Source: Candidatus Cloacimonadota bacterium (GTDB taxonomy: Bacteria; Cloacimonadota; Cloacimonadia; JGIOTU-2). Taken from it: 64,000 nt of DNA. Shown piece by piece: positions 49,980 through 60,598 of the stretch. Made by a program: the position numbers and the translations under genes. The number at the start of each line of letters is the position of its first letter. The stretch's first letter is position 1. The notes beneath the pieces were generated by a model. The model was not told where the DNA came from. It made no database searches and was given only the letters and a program-made list of their open reading frames with translations. The stretch spans positions 9,975 to 73,974 of the forward strand of contig JAYEOL010000008.1 in the NCBI GenBank assembly GCA_034722995.1, read 5' to 3'.

Positions 49980-51494
49980 ATGAATAATAAAAAACCACTT
50001 CCAAAAAGTGCCTTTTTTGAATTAATGAAACATGATAAGATATCTTTAACTTTTGATGATGTTTCATTAAAAACAGGATACTCTGAGACACTGCCAAAAG
50101 ACATCTCTACAAATTCAAAATTTTCAAAGAACATTTCCTTGAATATACCTATAATAAGTGCTGCAATGGATACTGTTACAGAATATCCCTTAGCAATTGA
50201 AATGGCAAAGTTAGGCGGTATTGGGGTAATTCATAAAAATCTGACCCCAGAAGAACAAAGTTATCATGTTTCCAGAGTTAAATTTTATCTCAATGGATTA
50301 ATAGACAAACCAAAATTTGTTTATGAGGACCAAACAATTAGCTCTGTTCTCAAAAGAAGAGAAGAAAAGAATTATGAGTTTCGCACATTCCCAGTATTAA
50401 ACAGAAATGGAAAATTAACGGGCATATTAACTGGCAATGATTTTGATTTTTGCGATGATTATTCCAGATTAGTAAAAGAGGTAATGACAAAAAATGTAAT
50501 CACTCTTCCACAAGATGCTGATTTAAATAAAGCCTATACCCTTATGGTAAAAGAGAAAAAAAAGGCATTACCACTTGTTGATAAACAACAAAGACTAATC
50601 GCTTTGTATACATTAAAAGACCTTAAGAGAATCAAGAATAAAGAATCTGACCTGTATAATCTTGATGAAAATGGACAGCTAAGAGTTGCCGCTGCAATGG
50701 GAGTTGGTAAAAAAGCACTTTTACGGTTAGAAAAATTAGTAAAAGAAAATCTTGATGTAGTTGTTATAGACACAGCCCACGCGGATTCAAAAAAAGTATA
50801 TGAGACAATAAATGAGATTAAAAATTCATATAGGTTAGATGTTGTTGCAGGAAATATATCTGAACCAGACTCTGCATTAAGACTAATAAAAGCAGGAGTT
50901 GATGGAATAAAAGTCGGTCAAGGCCCTGGCTCAATATGTACAACAAGAGTTGTTGCAGGAATCGGGGCTCCCCAACTTACTGCAATATATGAATGCAGCA
51001 AGATTGCAGATGAATTTAATATTCCAGTCTGTGCCGACGGCGGGATAAAATTTTCTGGAGATATTGCTAAAGCTATTGGAGCAGGAGCGCATTCTGTTAT
51101 GATTGGAAATATGCTCGCTGGAACAAAAGAAAGTCCTGGAGAGATTGTCTTTCTAAATGGAAGAAACTGGAAAGATTATAGAGGTATGGGCTCATCAGGA
51201 GCTATGAAATTTGAAGGTGCAAGAGAAAGATATAACCAAATAAGTAAGGACAAATTAGTTCCAGAAGGAATTGAAGGGCTAGTGCCTTACAAAGGAAAAT
51301 TAAAAGATATTATGTTTCAATATGTTGGGGGCCTCAAGAGTGGAATGGGATATGTTGGAGCAAAGGATATTAAAGAAATGAGAGAAAAAGCAGATTTTAG
51401 AAGACTTACTCAATCAGGAAAAATAGAGTCACACCCTCACGATGTTTACATAACAAAAGAATCACCTAATTATTCCTTAAAACATGATGTCTAA
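49980..51494 (+). CDS. guaB: IMP dehydrogenase
   Basis: CBS pair plus the catalytic loop GIKVGQGPGSICTTR. Confidence 0.85.
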   Translation: MNNKKPLPKSAFFELMKHDKISLTFDDVSLKTGYSETLPKDISTNSKFSKNISLNIPIISAAMDTVTEYPLAIEMAKLGGIGVIHKNLTPEEQSYHVSRVKFYLNGLIDKPKFVYEDQTISSVLKRREEKNYEFRTFPVLNRNGKLTGILTGNDFDFCDDYSRLVKEVMTKNVITLPQDADLNKAYTLMVKEKKKALPLVDKQQRLIALYTLKDLKRIKNKESDLYNLDENGQLRVAAAMGVGKKALLRLEKLVKENLDVVVIDTAHADSKKVYETINEIKNSYRLDVVAGNISEPDSALRLIKAGVDGIKVGQGPGSICTTRVVAGIGAPQLTAIYECSKIADEFNIPVCADGGIKFSGDIAKAIGAGAHSVMIGNMLAGTKESPGEIVFLNGRNWKDYRGMGSSGAMKFEGARERYNQISKDKLVPEGIEGLVPYKGKLKDIMFQYVGGLKSGMGYVGAKDIKEMREKADFRRLTQSGKIESHPHDVYITKESPNYSLKHDV

Positions 51495-51527
51495 TAAAAA
51501 TTAAAAAATCAAATAACATCAAATAAA

Positions 51528-53054
51528 ATGTGTGGTATTATTGGTATAATCAGCAATAAACCAGTTTGTGAAGATTTAGTCAGAGGCCTTCACGCTTTAC
51601 AACATCGGGGTATACAATCTTCTGGAATGATAAGCTATAACTCTCTTAAAAAGAAATTTAGTTCACCTATCAGAGGTCAGGGCTCAAGCACAGAAGTTTT
51701 TCGTAATACTAAATTAAGTAACATAGTGGATAATATTGCAATAGGTCACAATCGTTATGCAACATCTGGTGATAATGTTTTAATAGATGCTCAACCAATC
51801 TACATCCAAAAACCAGGAGTAGCAATCTCTCACAATGGTCAAATAGCTAATTATTTAAGTTTAAGAAAAAAATTGGAAAAACAACAATCATACTCATTCT
51901 TCACAAATTGTGATGTTGAAGCATTGTTGTTTGCCTTATCCCAAAATTTGATAGAAGAGAAATCCTATCAGGCTAAAAATACACCTTCTTTTGTAAAAGA
52001 AAAGCTTTTTCCTGCTTTAGAAAAAACAATGAGTACTAAATCAAAATACCATACTATTGGAGCATATTCAACAGTGGCAATTATTTCTAATCATGGTTTG
52101 TTAGCATTTAAGGACCCACATGGAGTCAGGCCATTAAGTTTTGCCAAAAAAGAAAAAAATAAGACAATCCAATATGTCTTTACATCTGAAACAACAGCCC
52201 TTCATTTTCTAAAGGATTTTCAAGATTCATACGAGCTTAAGCCAGGAGAGGCAATGTTCATTGACTTTGACCTTAATGTTTATCATAAAAAAATAAATCA
52301 ACAACAAGAAAAGGTTTGCCCGTTTGAGTCGGTTTATTTTGCTCAAGTGGATTCCAAACTAAATGGGCAGCAAGTTTATGATGCACGCTACAAGCTTGGT
52401 TCTGCTTTAGCAGAACATTATTCAGAATTAAAAAATATTGTTGATACGGTAATAGCAGTCCCAAAATCTCCAATTCCAGCGGCAATAGCCATTGCTAACA
52501 GATGGAATAAACCATATGGTGGAATAATCGCTCGGCCTTCTCACTCTCCAATAAGAGCATTTCAGCAGGACGCTAAAAAAAGAAAAAAATCTATTGATGA
52601 TAAGCTGCTTTTTATTAAATCACGCATCAACAAAAAAAGCATAGGTTTAGTTGATGATAGTATTGTTCGTGGAGAAACCTCCAAAAAAGTAGTTCATAAA
52701 CTATATGAATTGGGTGCAAGAGAAGTACATCTATTTTCAACCTATCCACCTTATATAGGAATCTGCGCTGGAGGGATAGACACACCAACACAAGAAGAGC
52801 TGCTCTTAAATAATAACAGTAAAGAAGACATAGAACAAGCGAGGAAAAAGATTGGAGCAACAACATTAAATTATCTTCCGCTTGAAAAAATGCTCAAAGC
52901 TGTGAATTTAACTTTAGAAACAGCTTGTCTGGGATGCACAAAAAGACAATACCCTTTTGATATGCGAGACTATTCAAGATTTCGGGAACTTCGCAAAAAA
53001 TATCGCACCCGTCTGGGCGCCGAGACCGATAAAGCAAAATGCCTAACCAAATAA
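51528..53054 (+). CDS. purF: amidophosphoribosyltransferase
   Basis: MCGIIGII Ntn start and PRTase motif GLVDDSIVRGET. Confidence 0.85.
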   Translation: MCGIIGIISNKPVCEDLVRGLHALQHRGIQSSGMISYNSLKKKFSSPIRGQGSSTEVFRNTKLSNIVDNIAIGHNRYATSGDNVLIDAQPIYIQKPGVAISHNGQIANYLSLRKKLEKQQSYSFFTNCDVEALLFALSQNLIEEKSYQAKNTPSFVKEKLFPALEKTMSTKSKYHTIGAYSTVAIISNHGLLAFKDPHGVRPLSFAKKEKNKTIQYVFTSETTALHFLKDFQDSYELKPGEAMFIDFDLNVYHKKINQQQEKVCPFESVYFAQVDSKLNGQQVYDARYKLGSALAEHYSELKNIVDTVIAVPKSPIPAAIAIANRWNKPYGGIIARPSHSPIRAFQQDAKKRKKSIDDKLLFIKSRINKKSIGLVDDSIVRGETSKKVVHKLYELGAREVHLFSTYPPYIGICAGGIDTPTQEELLLNNNSKEDIEQARKKIGATTLNYLPLEKMLKAVNLTLETACLGCTKRQYPFDMRDYSRFRELRKKYRTRLGAETDKAKCLTK

Positions 53055-56014
53055 GAATAAAATCCAAAATCCCGGATGCACGGGCTTTGGTCAGAAAAAA
53101 GCACATAGAAGACACCATTTTGGGAAAAATTACTGGTATAGAAATTGTTGATGTTTACACACTTGAGGCAAGGATGAGCCATTCTAAATTAGAATCTATT
53201 GCTTCAATGCTTTCTAATCCAATAACCCAGGAATCAATTGTCAATAAATATCCAATACAGAATAAATTTGACTGGGCAATAGAAGTTGGCTTCCTTCCAG
53301 GGGTTACGGACAACATAGGAAACACAACAAGAGAACTAATTGAAGATTTATTCAAAACTAAATTTCCTCCAACACAAGGAGTATACAGTTCCCAGGTTAC
53401 ATTTATTTCAGGAAAGCTATCCAAAAAACAGATTAAGGATATTGCAGATAACCTATACAATCCATTAATACAAAGAGTTCAGATTAAAAGCTATGACGAA
53501 GTTAAGGCTAATGGATTTGGTATTATTGTTCCAAAAGTTAAATTAGACAGAACGCCAAAAGTAAACCTTGTAGATATCCTTAATGCAAGCGATTATGAAT
53601 TAAGTATAATTGGGAAAAAAGGAATTAAAAATGAGGATGGAAACAGGAACGGTCCATTAGCCTTAGACTTAAAATACATGAAAGCAATACAGGAATATTT
53701 CAAAAAGCAAGGCAGAAACCCAAATGATATTGAATTAGAGTCTCTTGCCCAATCATGGTCAGAGCACTGCAAACATACAATCTTTGCAGACCCATTAGAT
53801 GAAATCACTGATGGTTTATTCAAAACATACATTCAAGGCTCAACTGAAAAAATCAGAAAAAAAAAGGCAGACAAAGACATCTGTGTTTCAGTATTCACAG
53901 ACAATTCTGGGGCCATAGTCTTTGACGAAAATTATCTAATCACTTGTAAAGTAGAGACTCATAACAGTCCTTCTGCCTTGAATCCTTTTGGTGGTGCTAT
54001 CACTGGAATAGTTGGGGTTAATCGTGATACAATTGGCTTTGGTCTTGGCGCAAAACCGATAATCAATACATATGGTTATTGTTTTGCTGACCCAAAAAGC
54101 AAGGACAGCCTCTACAAAGGTCCAAATTTTACGCAAAAAATGCTTTCTTCAAGGAGAATTCTTGAAGGGGTAATTAATGGAGTCAATGTCGGAGGAAATT
54201 GTTCTGGCATTCCCACACCACAAGGCTTTCTTACTTTTGACAAGAATTACAGGGGAAAGCCACTTGTGTTTGTAGGCACGGTTGGCTTAATTCCAAGAAA
54301 AAGTGCAAATAGATTATCACACCAAAAAAAGGCACAGCCAGGAGATTACATTATAATGGTTGGTGGTAAAGTTGGGCAGGATGGCATTCATGGTGCCACT
54401 TTTTCTTCAGAAATAATGGGTTCAAAAAGTCCTGCAACTGCTGTCCAGATAGGAGACCCAATTACTCAAAAGAAATTAAGTGACGCCCTTGTAAAAGAAG
54501 CACGCGACCTTGGATTATACAACAGCATAACTGATAATGGTGCTGGTGGTTTATCCAGCTCTGTTGGAGAAATGGCAAAAGAAAGTAATGGATGCTATGT
54601 CAACCTTGGTAAAGTCCCTTCAAAATATTTAGGGCTTGAGCCCTGGAAAATCTGGATTTCTGAATCGCAGGAAAGAATGACTCTTGCAGTACCTGAGGAA
54701 AAATGGGATAAATTCTCAAATTTAATGGAAAGGCGCGGTGTAGAAGCAAGCATTATTGGTAAATTTACTGATTCAGGAAAATGTGTTATTGACTATAACG
54801 ATACGACAATCATGGATATTGATATAAATTTCTTACATAATGGACTGCCAAAACGACCTATGAGAACAGGTTATAGCAAATTAACACATCAGGAGCCAAT
54901 TATTCCAAAATTGGAAGACCTAACAGACACACTCTACTCAATGCTTAAACGGTTAAACATTGCAAATTTTGAGTTTATTTCGCAACAATATGACCATGAA
55001 GTTCAAGGTGGTTCAGTGATAAAACCATTACAAGGAAAAGGCAGAGTAAATGGAGACACTACAGTAACAAGACCACTTTTAGACTCCAATAAAGGAATAA
55101 TTCTTTCCCAGGGCATCAATCCAAATTATAGCAACATTAGCACATATCATATGGCTGCTTGTGCAATTGACACCGCTGTTAGAAATGCTGTTGCTACTGG
55201 CGCAAACCTTGATCACCTTACCTTGTTAGATAATTTCTGTTGGTGCAGTTCTGATGAGCCAAAGAGATTAAGACAATTAAAATACGCGGTTAGGGCATGT
55301 TATGATTACTCTGTGGCTTATGGAACCCCATTTATATCTGGTAAAGATAGCATGTTCAATGATTTTAAGGGTTATAATAAAAACAATGAACCAATAAAAA
55401 TATCAATCCCACCAACATTACTAATATCCTCAATTGGGGTTATAAAAGATTCAAGAAAAGCAATTTCATTAGATGCAAAATTTGCAGGGGATTTAGTTTA
55501 TGTTTTAGGAGAAAGCAATGAAGAACTTGGGGGCTCTGAATACTTTGCAATGATTGGTGAGCAACAGAGAGGAGAAAAATACATTGGAAATACTGTACCA
55601 AGAGTAGATGCTAAAAAAAACAAAAAATTGTATGAGGCATTATCAAAAGCCATAGATAAAAACTTAATTGCATCTTCACAAAGTATCAACAAAGGTGGTC
55701 TTGCGATAGCATTAGCGAAAACAGCTATGGGGGGAAGATTAGGATTAGAAGCTTCTTTGGAAAAACTTCCAGGAGACTGTTCAAGAGATGATTTTGCACT
55801 CTACTCTGAAAGTCAGGGAAGAATTGTTGTAACAGTAGCACCACAATACAAAAAGGCATTTGAAAAAATCATGAAAGGTAATAATTTTGCTAAAATAGGA
55901 ACTATCAAAAAAGATAATTCATTTATTGTAAAAGGAAAAAAGGGAAATAAAATAATCGATACAACCACAGACTTGATGTTAAAGTCATACAAATCCACAT
56001 TTAAAGATTATTAA
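53039..56014 (+). CDS. purL: phosphoribosylformylglycinamidine synthase, PurS-PurL fusion (no glutaminase domain)
   Basis: 991 aa. PurS-like N-terminal ~90 aa, then PurL/AIRS-related repeats (SHCKHTIF, GAITGIVGVNRD). Confidence 0.8.
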   Translation: MPNQIRIKSKIPDARALVRKKHIEDTILGKITGIEIVDVYTLEARMSHSKLESIASMLSNPITQESIVNKYPIQNKFDWAIEVGFLPGVTDNIGNTTRELIEDLFKTKFPPTQGVYSSQVTFISGKLSKKQIKDIADNLYNPLIQRVQIKSYDEVKANGFGIIVPKVKLDRTPKVNLVDILNASDYELSIIGKKGIKNEDGNRNGPLALDLKYMKAIQEYFKKQGRNPNDIELESLAQSWSEHCKHTIFADPLDEITDGLFKTYIQGSTEKIRKKKADKDICVSVFTDNSGAIVFDENYLITCKVETHNSPSALNPFGGAITGIVGVNRDTIGFGLGAKPIINTYGYCFADPKSKDSLYKGPNFTQKMLSSRRILEGVINGVNVGGNCSGIPTPQGFLTFDKNYRGKPLVFVGTVGLIPRKSANRLSHQKKAQPGDYIIMVGGKVGQDGIHGATFSSEIMGSKSPATAVQIGDPITQKKLSDALVKEARDLGLYNSITDNGAGGLSSSVGEMAKESNGCYVNLGKVPSKYLGLEPWKIWISESQERMTLAVPEEKWDKFSNLMERRGVEASIIGKFTDSGKCVIDYNDTTIMDIDINFLHNGLPKRPMRTGYSKLTHQEPIIPKLEDLTDTLYSMLKRLNIANFEFISQQYDHEVQGGSVIKPLQGKGRVNGDTTVTRPLLDSNKGIILSQGINPNYSNISTYHMAACAIDTAVRNAVATGANLDHLTLLDNFCWCSSDEPKRLRQLKYAVRACYDYSVAYGTPFISGKDSMFNDFKGYNKNNEPIKISIPPTLLISSIGVIKDSRKAISLDAKFAGDLVYVLGESNEELGGSEYFAMIGEQQRGEKYIGNTVPRVDAKKNKKLYEALSKAIDKNLIASSQSINKGGLAIALAKTAMGGRLGLEASLEKLPGDCSRDDFALYSESQGRIVVTVAPQYKKAFEKIMKGNNFAKIGTIKKDNSFIVKGKKGNKIIDTTTDLMLKSYKSTFKDY

Positions 56015-56206
56015 TTCAAGTTTCGCAGGAGTAATGAAAAATATTATAACTTTACTGTTTAAAACCGCACCTGCAGAAGGTAGAGAGACTATAGAAGATA
56101 ATAGGAATGAATGTAGAAGCATGGGCTTCTTGTAATTACTTTACCAATTTAGGAATTGGTAAAGAGAATCATACCTTGCTTTTTACTAACAGCCCCCTAG
56201 CTGACC

Positions 56207-56276
56207 CACTCTCTTTACCAAGCCCTCTCTCCACTCTCTTTACCAAGCCCTCTCTCCACTCTCTTTACCAAGCCCC
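56207..56276. repeat. tandem direct repeat, 25-bp unit CACTCTCTTTACCAAGCCCTCTCTC x ~2.8, flanked by hairpins CTTTACCAA...TTGGTAAAG
   Basis: Read directly from the purL-purQ spacer. The flanking inverted repeats at 56139-56164 and 56263-56288 share the half-site carried by each repeat unit. Confidence 0.6.
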
Positions 56277-56503
56277 AGCTTGGTAAAGCATATTTCACAT
56301 TCTAATGTCCTCTGATAAAATGCAAAATAATCTTATAAACCATGATAATGCAGCTTAAATCACCAATCTTGAACTTACATGTAACTATTTAAATATCAAT
56401 ATCTTATTGAGATATTGCAAAGATAAAAAATGAATTATTCAGTGATCTCCACTCCTGCGAAATTTGAGTTATTAAACTCATAATAATAATAAAAATAATA
56501 AAA

Positions 56504-57304
56504 ATGGCAAAACCAAATGTTTTGGTAATGACTGGATATGGGATTAATTGTGATGAAGAAACTAGCTTTGCCTTTGAAAAAGCAGGAGCAAATTCAGAAA
56601 TAGTCCACATCAATGATTTAATTGATGGCTATAAAAAACTAAATGATTATCAAATCCTGGTCCTTCCAGGTGGATTTTCTTATGGAGATGACACTGGCTC
56701 TGGCAATGCTTTAGCAAATAAAATTAAAAACAATTTCTGGTATGAAATAAAAGATTTTGTTGAGAAAGACCATCTAGCAATAGGAATCTGTAATGGTTTT
56801 CAAGTTATGGTTAATCTCGGTCTGCTCCCTGCTTTAGATAAACAATATGGTGAAAGAAATGTTGCACTAATCTACAACAATTCAGCCAGATACATTGACA
56901 GATGGGTTGATTTACAATTTAAAGGCAACAGTCCATGGATTAATGGAATAGATAAGATTAGTTTGCCAATAGCACATAAAGAGGGTAAATTCTATACAGA
57001 ACCAAAAATACTGGCAAAGATTAAGGAACATAACCTAATTGCAGCAAAATATATTAAAGGCAGCATATGTAAATATCAAAGTTTAAAGGCAAATCCAAAT
57101 GGCTCTCTTGAAGATATTGCAAGTATTACAGATGAATCTAAAAGACTTATTGGAATAATGCCGCATCCTGAAAGAGCCATAGATTTTACTCAACTTCCTA
57201 ACTGGACATTGTCAAAAGAAAAATATCAAAGAAAGGGGAAAAAACTCCCGGAACAAGGTCCGGAATTACAAATCTTTAGAAACGCAGTAAAATATTTTCA
57301 ATAA
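56504..57304 (+). CDS. purQ: phosphoribosylformylglycinamidine synthase glutaminase subunit
   Basis: MAKPNVLVMTGYGINCDEE, GICNGFQ (catalytic Cys), and HPER near the C-terminus. Confidence 0.8.
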   Translation: MAKPNVLVMTGYGINCDEETSFAFEKAGANSEIVHINDLIDGYKKLNDYQILVLPGGFSYGDDTGSGNALANKIKNNFWYEIKDFVEKDHLAIGICNGFQVMVNLGLLPALDKQYGERNVALIYNNSARYIDRWVDLQFKGNSPWINGIDKISLPIAHKEGKFYTEPKILAKIKEHNLIAAKYIKGSICKYQSLKANPNGSLEDIASITDESKRLIGIMPHPERAIDFTQLPNWTLSKEKYQRKGKKLPEQGPELQIFRNAVKYFQ

Positions 57305-57338
57305 TTCTTTTGAAACAATCAGCCTTTTCTGTTATTTA

Positions 57339-59831
57339 TTATCGTATCAATATCATCTTTTTGATGAGCGTCTTACCTTCTGCTTCAAATTTATAGAAGT
57401 ATATACCTGAACTCATCCCTGTCCCCGCGGACGCGGGGATCTCGAGGACATCCCAATCAACAGTATGATAACCGGCAGGTTTATTTTCATCAACTAAAGT
57501 TTTAACTAATTGGCCTTTAATATTGTAAATCTTAATACTCACATGAGCTGGTTTTGGTAATGTATAACTAATTGAAGTTTTTTTAGTAAAAGGATTTGGA
57601 TAGTTTTGAGTAATGAAAAATTTATTGGTTATTATATCTTTATCAGTTTGATAATTAATGCCATCAAAAGCGAAAATCTGTATATCATCAATATTCCAGC
57701 CACAATAAGTCCATCCACCGTCGGTAGGACCCATCACCCAGCGTAAATACACAGTTGGCTGATTATCCGCTTTATCTGAGATGTCTAAATCCATTTGAGT
57801 CCATGAATAATCAGTAATCTCAGTTAAATTTTGCCAGACAGTTGTCCAATTAGTACTATCATTACTAACCCTTACATACGCATGGTCGTATGCAGGTTGT
57901 TCAACACCTAACCAACGCCAGAACTTCAAGTGCACATTATATAAATCTGAACAATCTATTGCCCGAGTTGTTAAACACTTTTCTGGAAGATTATTTGGAT
58001 AGTCACCATTAAGATTATATCCATAAACATTATCTCCTGTGTAACCACTTGTTGGGTCTGGATCTCCATGTTGACCACCACCACCAGTTGGTTGACCGAA
58101 CTCCCAATCTCCTGCAATATTCCAACCTGGGTCCCTGTTAAGACACCACTGGTATCTTAAGGTCGCTTCTCCAATTGCTAACCCCACTTGACGAGTAGTA
58201 TCACCTAAGTGATTTGTAGTATTAGTAAAAGAAATCGTAGTAAAATGTACACCTTCACTTAAGCTTGTAGCATTACTATTAATTTCAACAATCACCTCTG
58301 CAGTGTCAGTTGGTTCAAGAAAACCAGATATATCACCAGAAAGACTTAGCCAATCAGCAATCAGGTTTTGTGTTACTTCATAGTTGATGGATAGAGTATC
58401 TCTATTCTTAATTATATATGTTTTACTTAAAGGTGAGAATGGACCACCAACAGGTCCTTCTGATTGGAAATCATCCTCAGGGTTAACCCGCATACCTCTA
58501 TTTACAGTTAAAGCTTTAGTGCAAAAGTTTGCTGTACCATTCCAGGACGGATCGTCAAATACATAGTCATAAAAATCCAGCCAGGTTGAACCACTAAAGT
58601 AATAACTCTCATCCGGATTTGCTGCTGATTCAACAATAGTTCTATACTGAGCTCCAAGCAAGACAGGAACATCAGAGGTTCTGTCATACGGCTGTCCACC
58701 AGCAGATAGTTCAAGATAGATGTAAAAATCATCATCTGGATTAAGTCCAACAGGCGTTTCTAAATCTATAGTATGAAATCCTGTATAGTTAATTGTATCG
58801 GTTTTTGATGAAAGCTCATCTAACAATACACCACCTTCAAATCGGTCGTAAACTTTTACTGTGTAAATCACATTGTCTACAGCTGTAAAAAAACTCACTG
58901 ATTCTAACAATTCATTGCCTTCAGATATGAATTTATTAAATGCTTTATTACAACCTGTTTTTGTATCACGCCAACCATGATAGTCATGGTAATAGATATG
59001 GTCGTAATGCAAGGGTTCGGTATCTTGAAAGGAAATTGCTCCCATTTCAGGATGTTGACAGCAATGTTTATCATAATAGGAAATCCAGAAATAACCATCA
59101 ATACCCCAACCTGTTCCCCAACTATTCTTGCATATCCAGGCACCTGGCTCAGGAGCTTCAGTAACTATGCTATCATCCCAACCTATTATAGCAACAGCAT
59201 GATTGGGGTCCAATGTACTACTTGGTGGTTGATAATGGATATATTCCCAATTAATAAATGATGAATTATAGCACATACAAGTTCCCAGCACACCTTTTTC
59301 CATAATCTTGTTCTTTATTGTATTAATGTCGCTTAGATCGGAACCTGCTACATACCACTCAATATCTTTAACATAGTAGAAATGATAACCAGGGTCAAAT
59401 CTTAACGGAGGGGTGCTGTATGATTGACCATCTATATCTCGCACCGCTCCCTCACTACGAGTGAGATATGCAGAAGTAACTCTGTAGTCACCACCTTCAT
59501 GCACAGTAAGACCTCCTCCAGTTGGTGGATCTGTATCATCATTATTATGCTGGTTGAATCCATTCCACCAATCAAGATGATATTCTGCAAGATTTGGCTC
59601 ACCAATTTCTCCGGCAGCAGTCCATGCACCTGTCATCATAAGATTACCCTCTATGGCAGCCATTGCACCATGACACCAGCAGGTTCCTCCTTGTTGATTC
59701 TTAATTGAAGTTACATAATTTTCTCCGTTAACATCACGTAAATCAAAAGTGGATGGTGGGTCCGCGAAAGACTTCATAGTAATAATTAAAAAGATAAATA
59801 GTAAAATTAAAAATAATATTGCTTTTTTCAT
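57339..59831 (-). CDS. C1 (papain-like) cysteine peptidase with large beta-rich extension and T9SS CTD
   Basis: Signal peptide. QQGGTCWCHGAMAAIEGN papain-family catalytic Cys motif. C-terminus NYPNPFTKKTSISYTL...IKIYNIKGQLVKTL...GIYFYKFEAEGKTLIKKMILIR. Confidence 0.7.
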   Translation of the reverse strand: MKKAILFLILLFIFLIITMKSFADPPSTFDLRDVNGENYVTSIKNQQGGTCWCHGAMAAIEGNLMMTGAWTAAGEIGEPNLAEYHLDWWNGFNQHNNDDTDPPTGGGLTVHEGGDYRVTSAYLTRSEGAVRDIDGQSYSTPPLRFDPGYHFYYVKDIEWYVAGSDLSDINTIKNKIMEKGVLGTCMCYNSSFINWEYIHYQPPSSTLDPNHAVAIIGWDDSIVTEAPEPGAWICKNSWGTGWGIDGYFWISYYDKHCCQHPEMGAISFQDTEPLHYDHIYYHDYHGWRDTKTGCNKAFNKFISEGNELLESVSFFTAVDNVIYTVKVYDRFEGGVLLDELSSKTDTINYTGFHTIDLETPVGLNPDDDFYIYLELSAGGQPYDRTSDVPVLLGAQYRTIVESAANPDESYYFSGSTWLDFYDYVFDDPSWNGTANFCTKALTVNRGMRVNPEDDFQSEGPVGGPFSPLSKTYIIKNRDTLSINYEVTQNLIADWLSLSGDISGFLEPTDTAEVIVEINSNATSLSEGVHFTTISFTNTTNHLGDTTRQVGLAIGEATLRYQWCLNRDPGWNIAGDWEFGQPTGGGGQHGDPDPTSGYTGDNVYGYNLNGDYPNNLPEKCLTTRAIDCSDLYNVHLKFWRWLGVEQPAYDHAYVRVSNDSTNWTTVWQNLTEITDYSWTQMDLDISDKADNQPTVYLRWVMGPTDGGWTYCGWNIDDIQIFAFDGINYQTDKDIITNKFFITQNYPNPFTKKTSISYTLPKPAHVSIKIYNIKGQLVKTLVDENKPAGYHTVDWDVLEIPASAGTGMSSGIYFYKFEAEGKTLIKKMILIR

Positions 59832-59878
59832 AGTCCTTCCTGTATTTTATTCTCTTTTGAAATAGAGCGAATCAACCA

Positions 59879-59910
59879 TTGCGAATCCACCAGCTGGCGG
59901 ACATTCGCAA
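59879..59910. terminator. GC-rich hairpin TTGCGAAT-CCACCAGCTGGCGG-ATTCGCAA; possible terminator of the 60135-60563 gene
   Basis: 8-bp stem around a near-copy of the palindrome CCGCCAGCTGGCGG seen inside two CTD coding regions. No clear U-tract, so terminator function is uncertain. Confidence 0.35.
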
Positions 59911-60134
59911 GGTTTGGAGTTTACCCCGTGAGATAGTAAACATCTAACGGGGTTTACGGACGGAAAGTAATTACTAAGATAACAAAAGCAAGTAGATGTT
60001 TTTCACATCTGTGCTTCGTGATAATCTAAATCTCAGATACCGTATTACGAATTACTTTTGTAAATTAAGTAAATTTGTATCAAGAAAGAAAAATTTTTAA
60101 CTCTGAAATACAAATTAACAGTTTGCTTTAAGGT

Positions 60135-60563
60135 TTATTTTTTTCTCCTTTTCAAAACCACTCTAATTGTATAGATGATAAAAACTATCATAAATATCTT
60201 TAATCCCTTTAAGATTATTTTTGTTTTATCAAGTATTTCAACAAATTTAGCATTATCACCCTTTATTTCAATATAGCCAACCGGGCTGGCATCAACTTTC
60301 ATTCCCAATCCACCACCTTTGCCATTTCTTCCTTTTTTAGCACCTTCTTTTTCTGTTTCAGCCTCTTCTAACGGTTCTGGTTTTTCCTTTTTCTTAGCTT
60401 CCATTTCGCCGAAACCTCCACCACCTCCACCTTGAAATCGTACAGAAGCCACGGGAATTATTGATACATTATCTACCTTTTTCACATCACCAAATATTGA
60501 TTTTACATTAGCAGTTTTCTCAATATTTTCTTTAATTTCCGCGATTAACTTTTTTATTTCCAT
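60135..60563 (-). CDS. YtfJ/GerW-family protein
   Basis: IIPVASVRFQGGGGGGFG ... SPVGYIEI pattern typical of the Spore_YtfJ (GerW) family. C-terminal TM helix. Confidence 0.5.
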   Translation of the reverse strand: MEIKKLIAEIKENIEKTANVKSIFGDVKKVDNVSIIPVASVRFQGGGGGGFGEMEAKKKEKPEPLEEAETEKEGAKKGRNGKGGGLGMKVDASPVGYIEIKGDNAKFVEILDKTKIILKGLKIFMIVFIIYTIRVVLKRRKK

Positions 60564-60598
60564 CTAATCCTCCCGTATTTTTTTATTAATATGAGTTA

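Noticed and set aside
58384-59708. Cluster of short ORFs on both strands inside the C1 peptidase gene
   Set aside because: They are nested in, or antisense to, the 830-aa CDS, which has a clear catalytic motif and CTD.
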